Below are positions 49,212 to 57,791 of a DNA stretch of 61,708 bases, in pieces. Below the pieces are notes generated by a model, which saw only the letters and a program-made list of their open reading frames with translations, ran no database searches and was not told where the DNA came from. Position 1 is the first letter of the stretch. Each line of letters begins with the position of its first letter. The position numbers were made by a program, and so were the translations under genes. Location: assembly GCA_042570405.1 (NCBI GenBank), contig JBHPGR010000006.1, positions 1 through 61,708 of the forward strand. Direction: 5' to 3'. The DNA is from Candidatus Omnitrophota bacterium. GTDB taxonomy: Bacteria; Omnitrophota; Gorgyraeia; Gygaellales; Profunditerraquicolaceae.

Positions 49212-51077
49212 ATGCCTAATAAAAATGTTCCTAAGTCCAAAAAGAACAACATGTTCAAACGATTTCCTTTCGGTTGGGTATTCGCAATAGTAATCTTCTA
49301 TCTTTTGGTCAGTTCGCTTAATGTCTCTCTTACCGGCGTCCCTAAAGAGTTGGCATACAGCGAGTTCTATCATCTTTTAAAGGATAACCCCGGACAGATA
49401 CGCTCCGTGACAAAGACTGAGACCATCCTCCAGGTAGAGCTTGCGGATGATCTGCGCTACTTTGTAAATATCCCCGATGACGACAAGGATCTGTTGAGCC
49501 TGATGCGGGAGAACTTGAGCCGCTTTGAGGTCAAGCCGGCGCGGACATTCCTGGCTAACCTGTTCTTCTCGATAGGGCCGGTGGTCTTGTTGATATTCTT
49601 CTGGTGGCTGATGATGTCGCGCGGACAGCAGATGGGTAACAAGATCATGGGGTTTGGAAAGCTTAAGCCTAAGATCCACAGCGAAAAAGACGGCAAGAAA
49701 GTGACATTTAATGATGCCGCCGGGGTAGACGAGGCAAAGGAAGAACTAAGCGAGATCATCGAGTTTCTTAAGGATCCGAAGAGGTTTCAACGGCTGGGAG
49801 GGAAGATCCCTAAGGGGGTCTTACTGGTGGGCCCGCCGGGGACCGGCAAGACTCTTTTAGCGCGCGCAGTTGCAGGAGAAGCAAGTGTCCCGTTTTACAG
49901 CCTCTCCGGTTCTGATTTTGTTGAGATGTTTGTTGGAGTAGGCGCCAGCCGGGTAAGAGACCTGTTCGAACAGGGCAGGCGCGCGGCAAAGACCTCTGGA
50001 AAGGGCGCGATCATATTTATTGACGAGATCGACGCAGTAGGACGCCTTCGTTTTTCAGGTATCGGCGGCGGTCATGACGAACGCGAGCAGACGCTGAATG
50101 CCCTGCTGGTTGAAATGGACGGGTTTAACACCGGAGAGGGGTTGATACTGATCGCTGCGACTAACCGGCCGGATACCCTGGATCCTGCACTTCTGCGCCC
50201 CGGAAGATTTGACAGGACTATCGTAATCCACCTGCCTGATATCAAGGGAAGAGAAGAGATACTTAAGGTCCACGTGCGTAATATCACTCTTGACCCAAAG
50301 GTAGACCTGAAGGCGATAGCGCGGCAGACGTCTTTATTCTCCGGAGCAGATATCGCTAATCTCTGCAATGAAGCCGCTCTTTTAGCAGCCAGGAAGAATA
50401 AGAGCGCGGTAGAGCAGGATGATCTTGAGTCTGCGATCGAAAGAGTGATCATGGGCCCGGAGAAGAAAAGCAGGATTATGTCTAAGCGCGATAAAGAACT
50501 GACTGCTTTTCATGAAGCGGGACATGCGATACTCTCGCTGCTTATCTCAGAGGTCGACCCGATGACTAAGGTGTCGATCATCCCCAGGGGGATGGCTGGT
50601 GGATACACCCTGATCCCGCCTCGAGAAGATAAAAAGTATCCTTCAAAGAAAGAGCTACTGGCAGAAATTACTGTGGCTCTGGGCGGCAGGGTTTCCGAAG
50701 AGATAAACTTCGGCGACATTACAACCGGCGCTTCACAAGACCTTAAGATGACGACTCACTTTGCAAGAAAGATGGTCTGTGATTTCGGTATGAGCCAGCG
50801 CATGGGGAATATCACCCTGGGTAATCGTCATGGCCCTGTATTCCTCGGGAGAGACCTGGTTGAAGAAAAAAACTACAGTGAAGAAACCGCCAAGATTATA
50901 GACCAGGAGGTAAAATCGATCATAGACAGTTGCTACCAGAGGGCAAAACAACTGATCGAAGCAAACAAAGACAAAATAAAACTTCTTGTAAAAGTACTGA
51001 TTGAGAAGGAAGTGTTAAGCGTAAGCGAAGTCAGGCAGCTGCTTGGCTTCCCGGAAGATAAGCAGCACGCCTCTTAA
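49212..51077 (+). CDS. ftsH: ATP-dependent zinc metalloprotease
   Basis: Two TMs, [25 protein letters not shown]. Confidence 0.98.
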   Translation: MPNKNVPKSKKNNMFKRFPFGWVFAIVIFYLLVSSLNVSLTGVPKELAYSEFYHLLKDNPGQIRSVTKTETILQVELADDLRYFVNIPDDDKDLLSLMRENLSRFEVKPARTFLANLFFSIGPVVLLIFFWWLMMSRGQQMGNKIMGFGKLKPKIHSEKDGKKVTFNDAAGVDEAKEELSEIIEFLKDPKRFQRLGGKIPKGVLLVGPPGTGKTLLARAVAGEASVPFYSLSGSDFVEMFVGVGASRVRDLFEQGRRAAKTSGKGAIIFIDEIDAVGRLRFSGIGGGHDEREQTLNALLVEMDGFNTGEGLILIAATNRPDTLDPALLRPGRFDRTIVIHLPDIKGREEILKVHVRNITLDPKVDLKAIARQTSLFSGADIANLCNEAALLAARKNKSAVEQDDLESAIERVIMGPEKKSRIMSKRDKELTAFHEAGHAILSLLISEVDPMTKVSIIPRGMAGGYTLIPPREDKKYPSKKELLAEITVALGGRVSEEINFGDITTGASQDLKMTTHFARKMVCDFGMSQRMGNITLGNRHGPVFLGRDLVEEKNYSEETAKIIDQEVKSIIDSCYQRAKQLIEANKDKIKLLVKVLIEKEVLSVSEVRQLLGFPEDKQHAS

Positions 51078-51083
51078 TGGTGG

Positions 51084-51938
51084 ATGGATAGACACGGCTT
51101 TACGCTGGATCTTGGCAGGTACAAACTAAAGCTGAGCGAGCGCAGAAGCCGGATAATGGGGATCCTTAACCTCACCCCTGACTCCTTTAGCGGCGACGGG
51201 ATGTATCCGGCGCCTGTAAGCCGGATAGTGGACCGCGCGCAAAGGATGGTAGGGGAGGGCGCCGATATTCTGGATATCGGCGGGGAATCAAGCCGTCCGG
51301 GCGCAATGGCGGTGCCTCTTAAGGAAGAACTGAAGAGGACGATCCCTGCGATCAGGGCCTTGAGTAAAAAGGTAAAAGTCCCGCTATCAATAGACACCTG
51401 CAAGCCGGAAGTAGCAAGGGCTGCTCTGGAAAATGGCGCCGTGATCGTAAACGATATTTTGGGTTTTAGAAACCCCAAAATGGCCAGGTTGGCAGCCAGG
51501 AAGAAGGCGGCGGTTGTGATCATGCATATGAAGGGGATGCCGCGCACGATGCAAAGGAATCCCTCTTATAAGTGCCTGATCAAAGAAATAGCGGGGTTCC
51601 TGGCTGATGCTATAAAGTCTGCTATCGAACAGGGCATCGACAGAAATAAAATCATCATCGATCCCGGCATAGGTTTCGGCAAGACCCAAGAGCATAACTT
51701 AGAGATAATCAAAAAACTCGAGAGTTTTAAATCGTTGGGCAGGCCGATTCTTGTCGGTCCGTCCAGAAAGTCGTTTATCGGTAAAGTATTAAAGACTGCG
51801 CCCCAAGAGAGGCTCTTCGGGACGGTCTCCGTAAGTGTTGTCGCGGTAAAAAACGGCGCCGGGATCGTCAGGACACACGACGTCAAAGAGGTCAGGCAGG
51901 CCCTGAAGATGCTGGATGCACTGAACAGGACAAAATGA
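51084..51938 (+). CDS. folP: Dihydropteroate synthase
   Basis: MGILNLTPDSFS, DIGGESSRPG, DPGIGFGK, SRKSF, RTHDV. Confidence 0.96.
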   Translation: MDRHGFTLDLGRYKLKLSERRSRIMGILNLTPDSFSGDGMYPAPVSRIVDRAQRMVGEGADILDIGGESSRPGAMAVPLKEELKRTIPAIRALSKKVKVPLSIDTCKPEVARAALENGAVIVNDILGFRNPKMARLAARKKAAVVIMHMKGMPRTMQRNPSYKCLIKEIAGFLADAIKSAIEQGIDRNKIIIDPGIGFGKTQEHNLEIIKKLESFKSLGRPILVGPSRKSFIGKVLKTAPQERLFGTVSVSVVAVKNGAGIVRTHDVKEVRQALKMLDALNRTK

Positions 51939-52714
51939 TGAATATTGCAGATCTGCTCTTTCTCTGGAAACCCCTGGTCGAAGTAACCATACTCTGGTTT
52001 GTTATTTACCACATCATGCTTTTCTTCGAGGGGACGCGCGCGGTATCAGTGCTGCGCGGAATAGTAGTCCTGATCGTTGCGTTTTTACTCTTTCAGATAC
52101 TGGGTTTGCACATCCTTGACTGGATGCTGACCAAGATATTCGCAATCTCGGTAATCGCGCTCCTGATCATCTTTCATCCCGAGATCAGACAGGGGCTGTC
52201 CAGGCTTGGTAGACAGCGTTATCTTTTCGGCGCGGCTTACCTTGGGCAGGAAGAGCTGGATTACGTGCTCAAGCAGGTGACCGATGCCGTTGATCAGCTT
52301 TCCAAAAATAAAGTCGGGGCGCTGATCGCAATAGAAAAGAGCGAGCCGTTAAATTCTTACGTTGAGAGCGGGGTAAAGGTAGATTCTCTCGTTTCTTCGG
52401 AGCTGATCCAGACGATCTTTACGCCCAACAGCATGCTTCATGACGGTGGCTTGATCTTACAGCACGACCGCATCGTTGCCGCGGGATGCCTTTTTCCTTT
52501 AACGAGTAATCCTTATCTAAGCAGGATCTACGGCACACGGCACCGCGCTGCGCTGGGCTTAAGCGAAGAGACGGATGCGATCATAGTCATCGTCTCGGAA
52601 GAGCGGCGGGAAATCTCCCTGGTATATCAGGGAAAGCTTGAAAAAGATTTAAAACGCGAGGACATATTCAATAAGGTCAAGGAGATCATCAAAACTAAAA
52701 AGAAGAATGACTAA
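51935..52714 (+). CDS. cdaA: Membrane diadenylate cyclase
   Basis: Three TMs, F.PEIR..L, LHDGG, GTRHRAA, VSEE. Confidence 0.93.
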   Translation: MMNIADLLFLWKPLVEVTILWFVIYHIMLFFEGTRAVSVLRGIVVLIVAFLLFQILGLHILDWMLTKIFAISVIALLIIFHPEIRQGLSRLGRQRYLFGAAYLGQEELDYVLKQVTDAVDQLSKNKVGALIAIEKSEPLNSYVESGVKVDSLVSSELIQTIFTPNSMLHDGGLILQHDRIVAAGCLFPLTSNPYLSRIYGTRHRAALGLSEETDAIIVIVSEERREISLVYQGKLEKDLKREDIFNKVKEIIKTKKKND

Positions 52715-52847
52715 AAAGAAACCGGATATAAAAAGTATTTTCTTGCATTTTTTCACCCATCATCCCTGGCTTAAGTTCATCTCACTGGTTCTGGCTGTGA
52801 TCGTCTGGTTTTACGTCAGGGGAGAGATCAGCCGCTTTAATTATTGA
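52707..52847 (+). CDS. 46-aa membrane peptide resembling the CdaR N-terminal anchor (absent from the ORF track)
   Basis: MTKKKPDIKSIFLHFFTHHPWLKFISLVLAVIVWFYVRGEISRFNY*; overlaps the cdaA stop and ends 3 nt before pdxJ. Confidence 0.7.
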   Translation: MTKKKPDIKSIFLHFFTHHPWLKFISLVLAVIVWFYVRGEISRFNY

Positions 52848-52850
52848 CCG

Positions 52851-53570
52851 ATGCCGCTACTCGGAGTAAACATCGACCATGTTGCGACCCTGCGGCAGGC
52901 GCGCAAGGGTAAAGTGCCTGAGCCGGTTGCCGCTGCTTGTATCTGCGAGTCCGCCGGAGCTGATTCCATTGTTGTACACTTACGCCAAGACCGCCGGCAC
53001 ATCAACGATAAAGACGTTTATGGGTTAAGGGAGGCGGTTAAAACCAGGTTAAACCTGGAGATGTCGACATATCCGGAGATCGTGGATATTGCCTGTGCGG
53101 TAAAACCTAATCAGGCAACACTGGTGCCGGAGAAGAGGCAGGAGCTGACAACGGAGGGTGGCCTTAACGTGGTATCAAACCTTGCGAAGATCAAAGATGT
53201 CGCGTCGAGGCTGAAGCAGAATGGTGTAACCGTAAGCCTTTTTATAGACCCTCAAGAAGAACAGATAGATGCTTCCCTGAAGGCCGGCGTAGATATGATC
53301 GAACTGCACACCGGACGCTACGCCGATGCTGCCGGAAAAAGTGAAGAGGATAAATATTTCAGAGAGATCGAGTCAGCGTTAAATTACGCATTGGGTAAGG
53401 GGATGACCGTGAATGCCGGGCATGGCCTGGATTATTCAAATACTGCGCGCATCGCCGCAATAGTGGGGCTAGAAGAGCTTAATATAGGTTATTCCATTGT
53501 ATGCAGGGCTGTTTTTACAGGTCTTGAGCGCGCCGTCAAAGAGATGAAGAAGCTTACAGAGCGGACATGA
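52851..53570 (+). CDS. pdxJ: Pyridoxine 5'-phosphate synthase
   Basis: LGVNIDHVATLRQAR, HLR.DRRHI, TTEGG, ELHTG, NAGHGL. Confidence 0.97.
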   Translation: MPLLGVNIDHVATLRQARKGKVPEPVAAACICESAGADSIVVHLRQDRRHINDKDVYGLREAVKTRLNLEMSTYPEIVDIACAVKPNQATLVPEKRQELTTEGGLNVVSNLAKIKDVASRLKQNGVTVSLFIDPQEEQIDASLKAGVDMIELHTGRYADAAGKSEEDKYFREIESALNYALGKGMTVNAGHGLDYSNTARIAAIVGLEELNIGYSIVCRAVFTGLERAVKEMKKLTERT

Positions 53571-53923
53571 TCATTGGAACGGGAGTCGACATTACCGAAG
53601 TAAGGCGCCTGCGTCATGCGGTAGAAAAGTGGGGCGAAGAATTCCTGGAGCGCATCTTTACCAAAAGTGAACTTAAGAACGCAAAAACCAGAGGCAGTCT
53701 CTACCAACATCTTGCCGGAAGATTTGCCGCCAAAGAAGCGGTCTTTAAGGCGCTGGGGGATAGACACCTTAACTGGAAGGATGTCGAAATACTGAATGAC
53801 CGGGATGGTAAGCCGGTTTGCGTTGTCTCCAACAGTAAAGAAAAAAGAATCGACGTGCAAATTTCCATCTCCCACGTAAAGACCTATGCGGTTGCCAACG
53901 CGATTATTACAGAGAAACGCTAA
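53567..53923 (+). CDS. acpS: Holo-ACP synthase
   Basis: G.GVDI, LAGRFAAKEA..KA, GKP, ISISH. Confidence 0.95.
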   Translation: MIIGTGVDITEVRRLRHAVEKWGEEFLERIFTKSELKNAKTRGSLYQHLAGRFAAKEAVFKALGDRHLNWKDVEILNDRDGKPVCVVSNSKEKRIDVQISISHVKTYAVANAIITEKR

Positions 53924-54752
53924 GTCGCATAAAGGCCACTTCGGGCATCTTTTCGCAATAGCCGGTTCAGCAAGATTCTCGGGGGCAGCGGCTCTTTGCG
54001 CGGAGGCAGGTCTTCGCTGCGGCGCAGGGCTTGTGACCCTGGGGATACCAAAAAGCCTAAACAGTTCTTTGATAAAGATTAAGCCTCTTGAGGTGATGAC
54101 CCTGCCGCTTCAGGAAACGCCTGACAAGAGTTTAAGCCTATCGGCCCTGAAGAGGATCAAGGGTTTTGTTAAGAAGGGACTTATACTTGTTATCGGGCCG
54201 GGCTTAGGCAGGAACGGATCAACGCAGCAGCTTGTGCGCAGGATGATTTCAGAGATACGCTCCCCCATGGTGATCGATGCCGACGGGTTAAACGCTTTAG
54301 TAGGTCATCTAGAGCTTTTACGAAATAACGAAACAACGAAAAAGCGAGAAACGGTCTTAACTCCCCACCCCGGTGAAATGTCGAGGCTGACCGGAGCGAG
54401 CACTAAGGCAGTGGCGAAGAACAGAAGAAAAGCCGCAAAGAAGCTGGCGCGCGATTACAGGGTTACGGTTGTTTTAAAGGGGCACAATACGGTAGTCGCT
54501 GATTGCCGTGGTAATTTATACGTCAATAAGACCGGGAATCCCGGGATGGCCAAAGGCGGAAGCGGAGATGTACTGGCCGGAATGATCGGTGCATTTTTGG
54601 GGCAGGGCTTGAAGGCTTTTGCTGCGGCAAAGTATGCGGTTTACTTGCACGGCCTCGCCGGCGACCTGGCGGCAAAAAAGAAGACTCAGGTCGGGATGAT
54701 CGCAACAGATATAATCAAAGAAATACCTGCGGCGATCAGGAAGTGTTCTTAA
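53886..54752 (+). CDS. nnrD: ADP-dependent NAD(P)H-hydrate dehydratase
   Basis: HKG.FG, GPGLG, DADGLN, TPHPGE, LKG..T, GGSGDVLAG. Confidence 0.93.
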   Translation: MRLPTRLLQRNAKSHKGHFGHLFAIAGSARFSGAAALCAEAGLRCGAGLVTLGIPKSLNSSLIKIKPLEVMTLPLQETPDKSLSLSALKRIKGFVKKGLILVIGPGLGRNGSTQQLVRRMISEIRSPMVIDADGLNALVGHLELLRNNETTKKRETVLTPHPGEMSRLTGASTKAVAKNRRKAAKKLARDYRVTVVLKGHNTVVADCRGNLYVNKTGNPGMAKGGSGDVLAGMIGAFLGQGLKAFAAAKYAVYLHGLAGDLAAKKKTQVGMIATDIIKEIPAAIRKCS

Positions 54753-54766
54753 AATTAGGGGAGTTT

Positions 54767-54842
54767 GCCGGCGTAGCTCAGTTGGTAGAGCAGCGGTTTT
54801 GTAAACCGCGGGTCGGGGGTTCGATCCCTCTCGCCGGCTCCA
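54767..54842 (+). tRNA. tRNA-Thr(TGT)
   Basis: GCCGGCG/CGCCGGC acceptor, GCGGT-TT-TGT-AA-ACCGC, ends TCCA. Confidence 0.95.
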
Positions 54843-54858
54843 GAAAAAGAGATGTTGT

Positions 54859-54944
54859 GGGCAGGTACCCAAGTGGCCAAAGGGGACAGACTGTAAATCT
54901 GTTGCGCTTGCGCTTCAGAGGTTCGAATCCTCTCCTGCCCACCA
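54859..54944 (+). tRNA. tRNA-Tyr(GTA)
   Basis: GGGCAGG/CCTGCCC acceptor, ACAGA-CT-GTA-AA-TCTGT, long variable arm, ends ACCA. Confidence 0.95.
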
Positions 54945-54982
54945 GCTTTTGTTTCGCAAAAGCGCAGTCCCGAAAAGTAATA

Positions 54983-55219
54983 ATGCAGGAAAAGAAGGGA
55001 TTCAGTTTAGTCTATTCAACTCCGAACTCCGCGCAGGTAGCGATCATTAAATCTATTCTGATCGGTACCGATATCCCCTTCTTTGTAACTAATGAGAATT
55101 TTCACAACCTTTACGGAAGCGCAAACGGGCTTACGGCGATGGGGATCATGGTCGCAAGCGAAAGGTTGGAGGAAGCCAAGGAATTACTGGGTAGTTTTAT
55201 TGATCCTAAGGCAAAATAG
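54983..55219 (+). CDS. DUF2007-like small protein
   Basis: Start moved to MQEKK; A.IIKSIL...DIP.F..NE...I.V.....EEAKELL pattern. Confidence 0.7.
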   Translation: MQEKKGFSLVYSTPNSAQVAIIKSILIGTDIPFFVTNENFHNLYGSANGLTAMGIMVASERLEEAKELLGSFIDPKAK

Positions 55220-55225
55220 CAATCT

Positions 55226-55448
55226 GCGGGCATAGCACAGCGGCAGTGCAGTAGCCTTCTCCCGCTACGATATTGATTGATGCGGGGTTTCGCCTTAAGG
55301 TATGATATACGAAGGCTCAACAAGCTACCAAGAGAAGGGGGATTTGCGGGAGTAGTTCAGTGGTAGAACAATAGCCTTCTCCCGCTTCGGTATTGATTGA
55401 TGCGGGATTTCGCCTCTAAGTGTAATATGCGAAGGCTCAACAAGCTAT
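55226..55448 (+). repeat. Two tandem tRNA-Gly 5' halves, each with a 61-nt insert in the anticodon
   Basis: 55226-55259 identical to tRNA-Gly nt 1-34; inserts at 55260-55320 and 55380-55440; both resume CAAGCTA and then lack T arm and 3' acceptor. Confidence 0.88.
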
Positions 55449-55460
55449 ATAACAAGTAGT

Positions 55461-55534
55461 GCGGGCATAGCACAGCGGCAGTGCAGTAGCCTTCCAAGCT
55501 ACCTACACGGGTTCGAGTCCCGTTGCCCGCTCCA
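55461..55534 (+). tRNA. tRNA-Gly(TCC)
   Basis: GCGGGCA/TGCCCGC acceptor, GTAGC-CT-TCC-AA-GCTAC, GTTCGAG, ends TCCA. Confidence 0.93.
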
Positions 55535-55542
55535 AGATAAAG

Positions 55543-56301
55543 ATGGCGCACACACAGAGAGAATTCTTAGAGCCGGTTTTTATAGACGCCTTTGACCTGG
55601 ACGACGCCTGGTTTCAGGCCCTTAACTGCATCCTTGATAAGGGGCATGTTTATACGATCACAAAAGGCAGTTATGAGGGGCAGAGGCGCCTGGAGTTTGA
55701 TTTTGTGGTGGTGCGCGTGCGCAAGCCATCGCACCAGATCATTCCGATAATCCCCGAGGGGATGAGTATACCCGCCCCTACGGATATGGATTATATACAA
55801 GGTTACCTGGGCTATCTGATCACCGGGGCAAAGACCGAGACCGAAGACTACACCTACGGCGAGAGATTGGTCGATCCGAAAGTAAAAGCAAAAGTCGAGG
55901 TAGGCGGTAAAGAGATGGTCAAGGAGATGCCGCTTCAGGTCAACCAGATCGAAGAGATCATCAAGATTTACAAAGAAAAAGGCCCGGGAACGAACCAGGC
56001 GATCATGGAGATCGGAATGCCATCCGATATAAAATTAACTGATCCGCCCTGCCTGCGCCTGATCGATACCCGGATCCGCTACGGTAAGCTGCATTTTATA
56101 CTCTATTTTCGCTCATGGGACCTCTGGGGCGGTTTCCCCTCAAACATGGGAGGGTTGCAGCTGGTAAAGCAGTACATCGCAGAGGAGATCGGCGTCGGAG
56201 ACGGAGAGATCGTCGCTGTCAGTAAGGGGCTGCACCTTTATGAGTACAGCTGGGAACTGGCAAAGATCAGGACAAATAAATACAGCATGGAGATAGGCTA
56301 A
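55543..56301 (+). CDS. thyA: Thymidylate synthase family protein (short, archaeal-like)
   Basis: YTYGER, NQ, DPPCL, YFRSWD..GFP.N, LHLY. Confidence 0.75.
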   Translation: MAHTQREFLEPVFIDAFDLDDAWFQALNCILDKGHVYTITKGSYEGQRRLEFDFVVVRVRKPSHQIIPIIPEGMSIPAPTDMDYIQGYLGYLITGAKTETEDYTYGERLVDPKVKAKVEVGGKEMVKEMPLQVNQIEEIIKIYKEKGPGTNQAIMEIGMPSDIKLTDPPCLRLIDTRIRYGKLHFILYFRSWDLWGGFPSNMGGLQLVKQYIAEEIGVGDGEIVAVSKGLHLYEYSWELAKIRTNKYSMEIG

Positions 56302-56306
56302 GGGCT

Positions 56307-57317
56307 ATGTTTGCGATGAAACGAAAGATTAGAATCTCAATATTAGGAGACGGCGGCTGGGGGACTACACTGGCGATAATCCTTCACCGCAAGGGCCACG
56401 CAATAAGTTTATGGAGCGCATTTCCTAAGTATGCCGCTTATTTAGACAAAAAGAGGCGTAATCCTAAATTTCTTGCGCAGGTAAAGATACCTAAGGGAAT
56501 AAAGATCACCCATAAGATCAGCGAGGCTGCCCGGGAAGCCGAGATCATAGTCTTGGCTGTTCCCGCACAGTATCTGCGCGCAGTATTGAAGAAATTCAAA
56601 CGGGTAAATTATCCGCGCAGCGCGTTGTATCTGAGTGTGGCAAAGGGTATCGAGGTCGGTTCGCTGAAAAGGGTCTCTGAGGTGATCCATGAAGAGCTGG
56701 GGAATGTGCAGCTGGCGGTACTCTCAGGGCCGACTATCGCAAATGAGATCATCAAAGGGATTCCCACAACCGCGGTAGTCGCATCCCATAAAAAGGCGCT
56801 GAGGACCCGTCTTCAAAGGATCTTCATGTCTGAAAGATTTAGAATTTACACTAACAGCGACGTTGTCGGAGTTGAATTAGGAGGCAGCCTGAAGAACGTC
56901 ATCGCTATCGCCTGCGGCATCTCAGACGGTCTTAGGTTCGGCGCAAATACAAAAGCGGCCCTGTTATCCAGGGGGCTTGCCGAAATCGCAAAGCTAGGGA
57001 AGGTTATGGGCGCCAGGGCCCGCACCTTTAGCGGTCTCAGCGGGCTAGGGGATCTAGTAACTACCTGTATCAGTCCGTACAGCCGCAATAGATATGTAGG
57101 CGAAGAGATCGGCAGAGGAAAAAACCCCAAGCGCATCGCTAAAGGTACCCAGATGGTGGCGGAGGGTGTTGCCACTGCCAAATCTGCCTATGGATTAAGC
57201 TGCAAATTCAGGGTGGATATGCCGATAACCCGGCAGATATACCTAGTACTTTATAAGAATAAATCTCCCCTTAAGGCTGTGAATGATCTAATGGGTCGGC
57301 GGGGGAAAGAGGAATAA
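56307..57317 (+). CDS. gpsA: NAD(P)H-dependent glycerol-3-phosphate dehydrogenase
   Basis: G.GGWGT, KGIE, LSGP..A.E, LKNVIAIA.G, GLGDL..TC, SRN. Confidence 0.95.
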   Translation: MFAMKRKIRISILGDGGWGTTLAIILHRKGHAISLWSAFPKYAAYLDKKRRNPKFLAQVKIPKGIKITHKISEAAREAEIIVLAVPAQYLRAVLKKFKRVNYPRSALYLSVAKGIEVGSLKRVSEVIHEELGNVQLAVLSGPTIANEIIKGIPTTAVVASHKKALRTRLQRIFMSERFRIYTNSDVVGVELGGSLKNVIAIACGISDGLRFGANTKAALLSRGLAEIAKLGKVMGARARTFSGLSGLGDLVTTCISPYSRNRYVGEEIGRGKNPKRIAKGTQMVAEGVATAKSAYGLSCKFRVDMPITRQIYLVLYKNKSPLKAVNDLMGRRGKEE

Positions 57318-57338
57318 TTAAGTTATAATAATTTGTAA

Positions 57339-57413
57339 CGGGGCGTAGCTCAGTTTGGCTGGAGCGCTTGAATGGGGTTCAAGAGGTCGACAGTTCGAGT
57401 CTGTCCGCCCCGA
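57339..57413 (+). tRNA. tRNA-Pro(GGG)
   Basis: CGGGGCG/CGCCCCG acceptor, CTTGA-AT-GGG-GT-TCAAG, GTTCGAG. Confidence 0.92.
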
Positions 57414-57433
57414 CAATTTTAAGGGAGGTTGAA

Positions 57434-57790
57434 ATGCTGTACACAGGCCAGGAAAAAAGAAAGCACCCGCGCATATCAGCCCGCTTCATCGTATCTTACC
57501 GGATGGTGGATGAAGCAAATAATATTGACGTAACCCAGACGAAGAACTTGAGCCTGGGAGGCATGCTCCTGACTACCAACAAGGTATTTAGTCCCGGGAC
57601 GACCCTGGCGCTTGAGATCAGACTCCCCTTTGACCCAAACCCGATCATTATGACGGGAAAAGTAGTCGAGTCAAAGGAAGTCACCAAAGACCTGATCTAT
57701 GATACCCGGCTCCAATTCCTGACGGTAGATGAAAAACATAGGAATATAATGTCTAAAACTGTAGATTACTATATTAAAAAAAGGAAATAA
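57434..57790 (+). CDS. Single-domain PilZ protein
   Basis: Start moved to MLYTG (GGAGG); RKHPR (RxxxR) and NLSLGG (D/NxSxxG). Confidence 0.88.
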   Translation: MLYTGQEKRKHPRISARFIVSYRMVDEANNIDVTQTKNLSLGGMLLTTNKVFSPGTTLALEIRLPFDPNPIIMTGKVVESKEVTKDLIYDTRLQFLTVDEKHRNIMSKTVDYYIKKRK

Positions 57791-57791
57791 G

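Noticed and set aside
54743-54982. N-terminal extension of ORF 54743-55219 (likewise 57368-57433)
   Set aside because: These extensions run through tRNA genes; downstream ATG starts are more plausible.
55266-55281. IHF site as the explanation of the conserved loop
   Set aside because: ATCAA is present in several loops, but the downstream TTR of WATCAANNNNTTR is not conserved.
55260-55440. Group I intron or spliceable tRNA genes
   Set aside because: 61 nt is too short for a group I core, and neither copy has a T arm or a normal 3' acceptor strand.
47190-57413. Prophage or genomic island integrated at a tRNA
   Set aside because: No integrase, no duplicated tRNA 3' ends, and the flanking genes are housekeeping.
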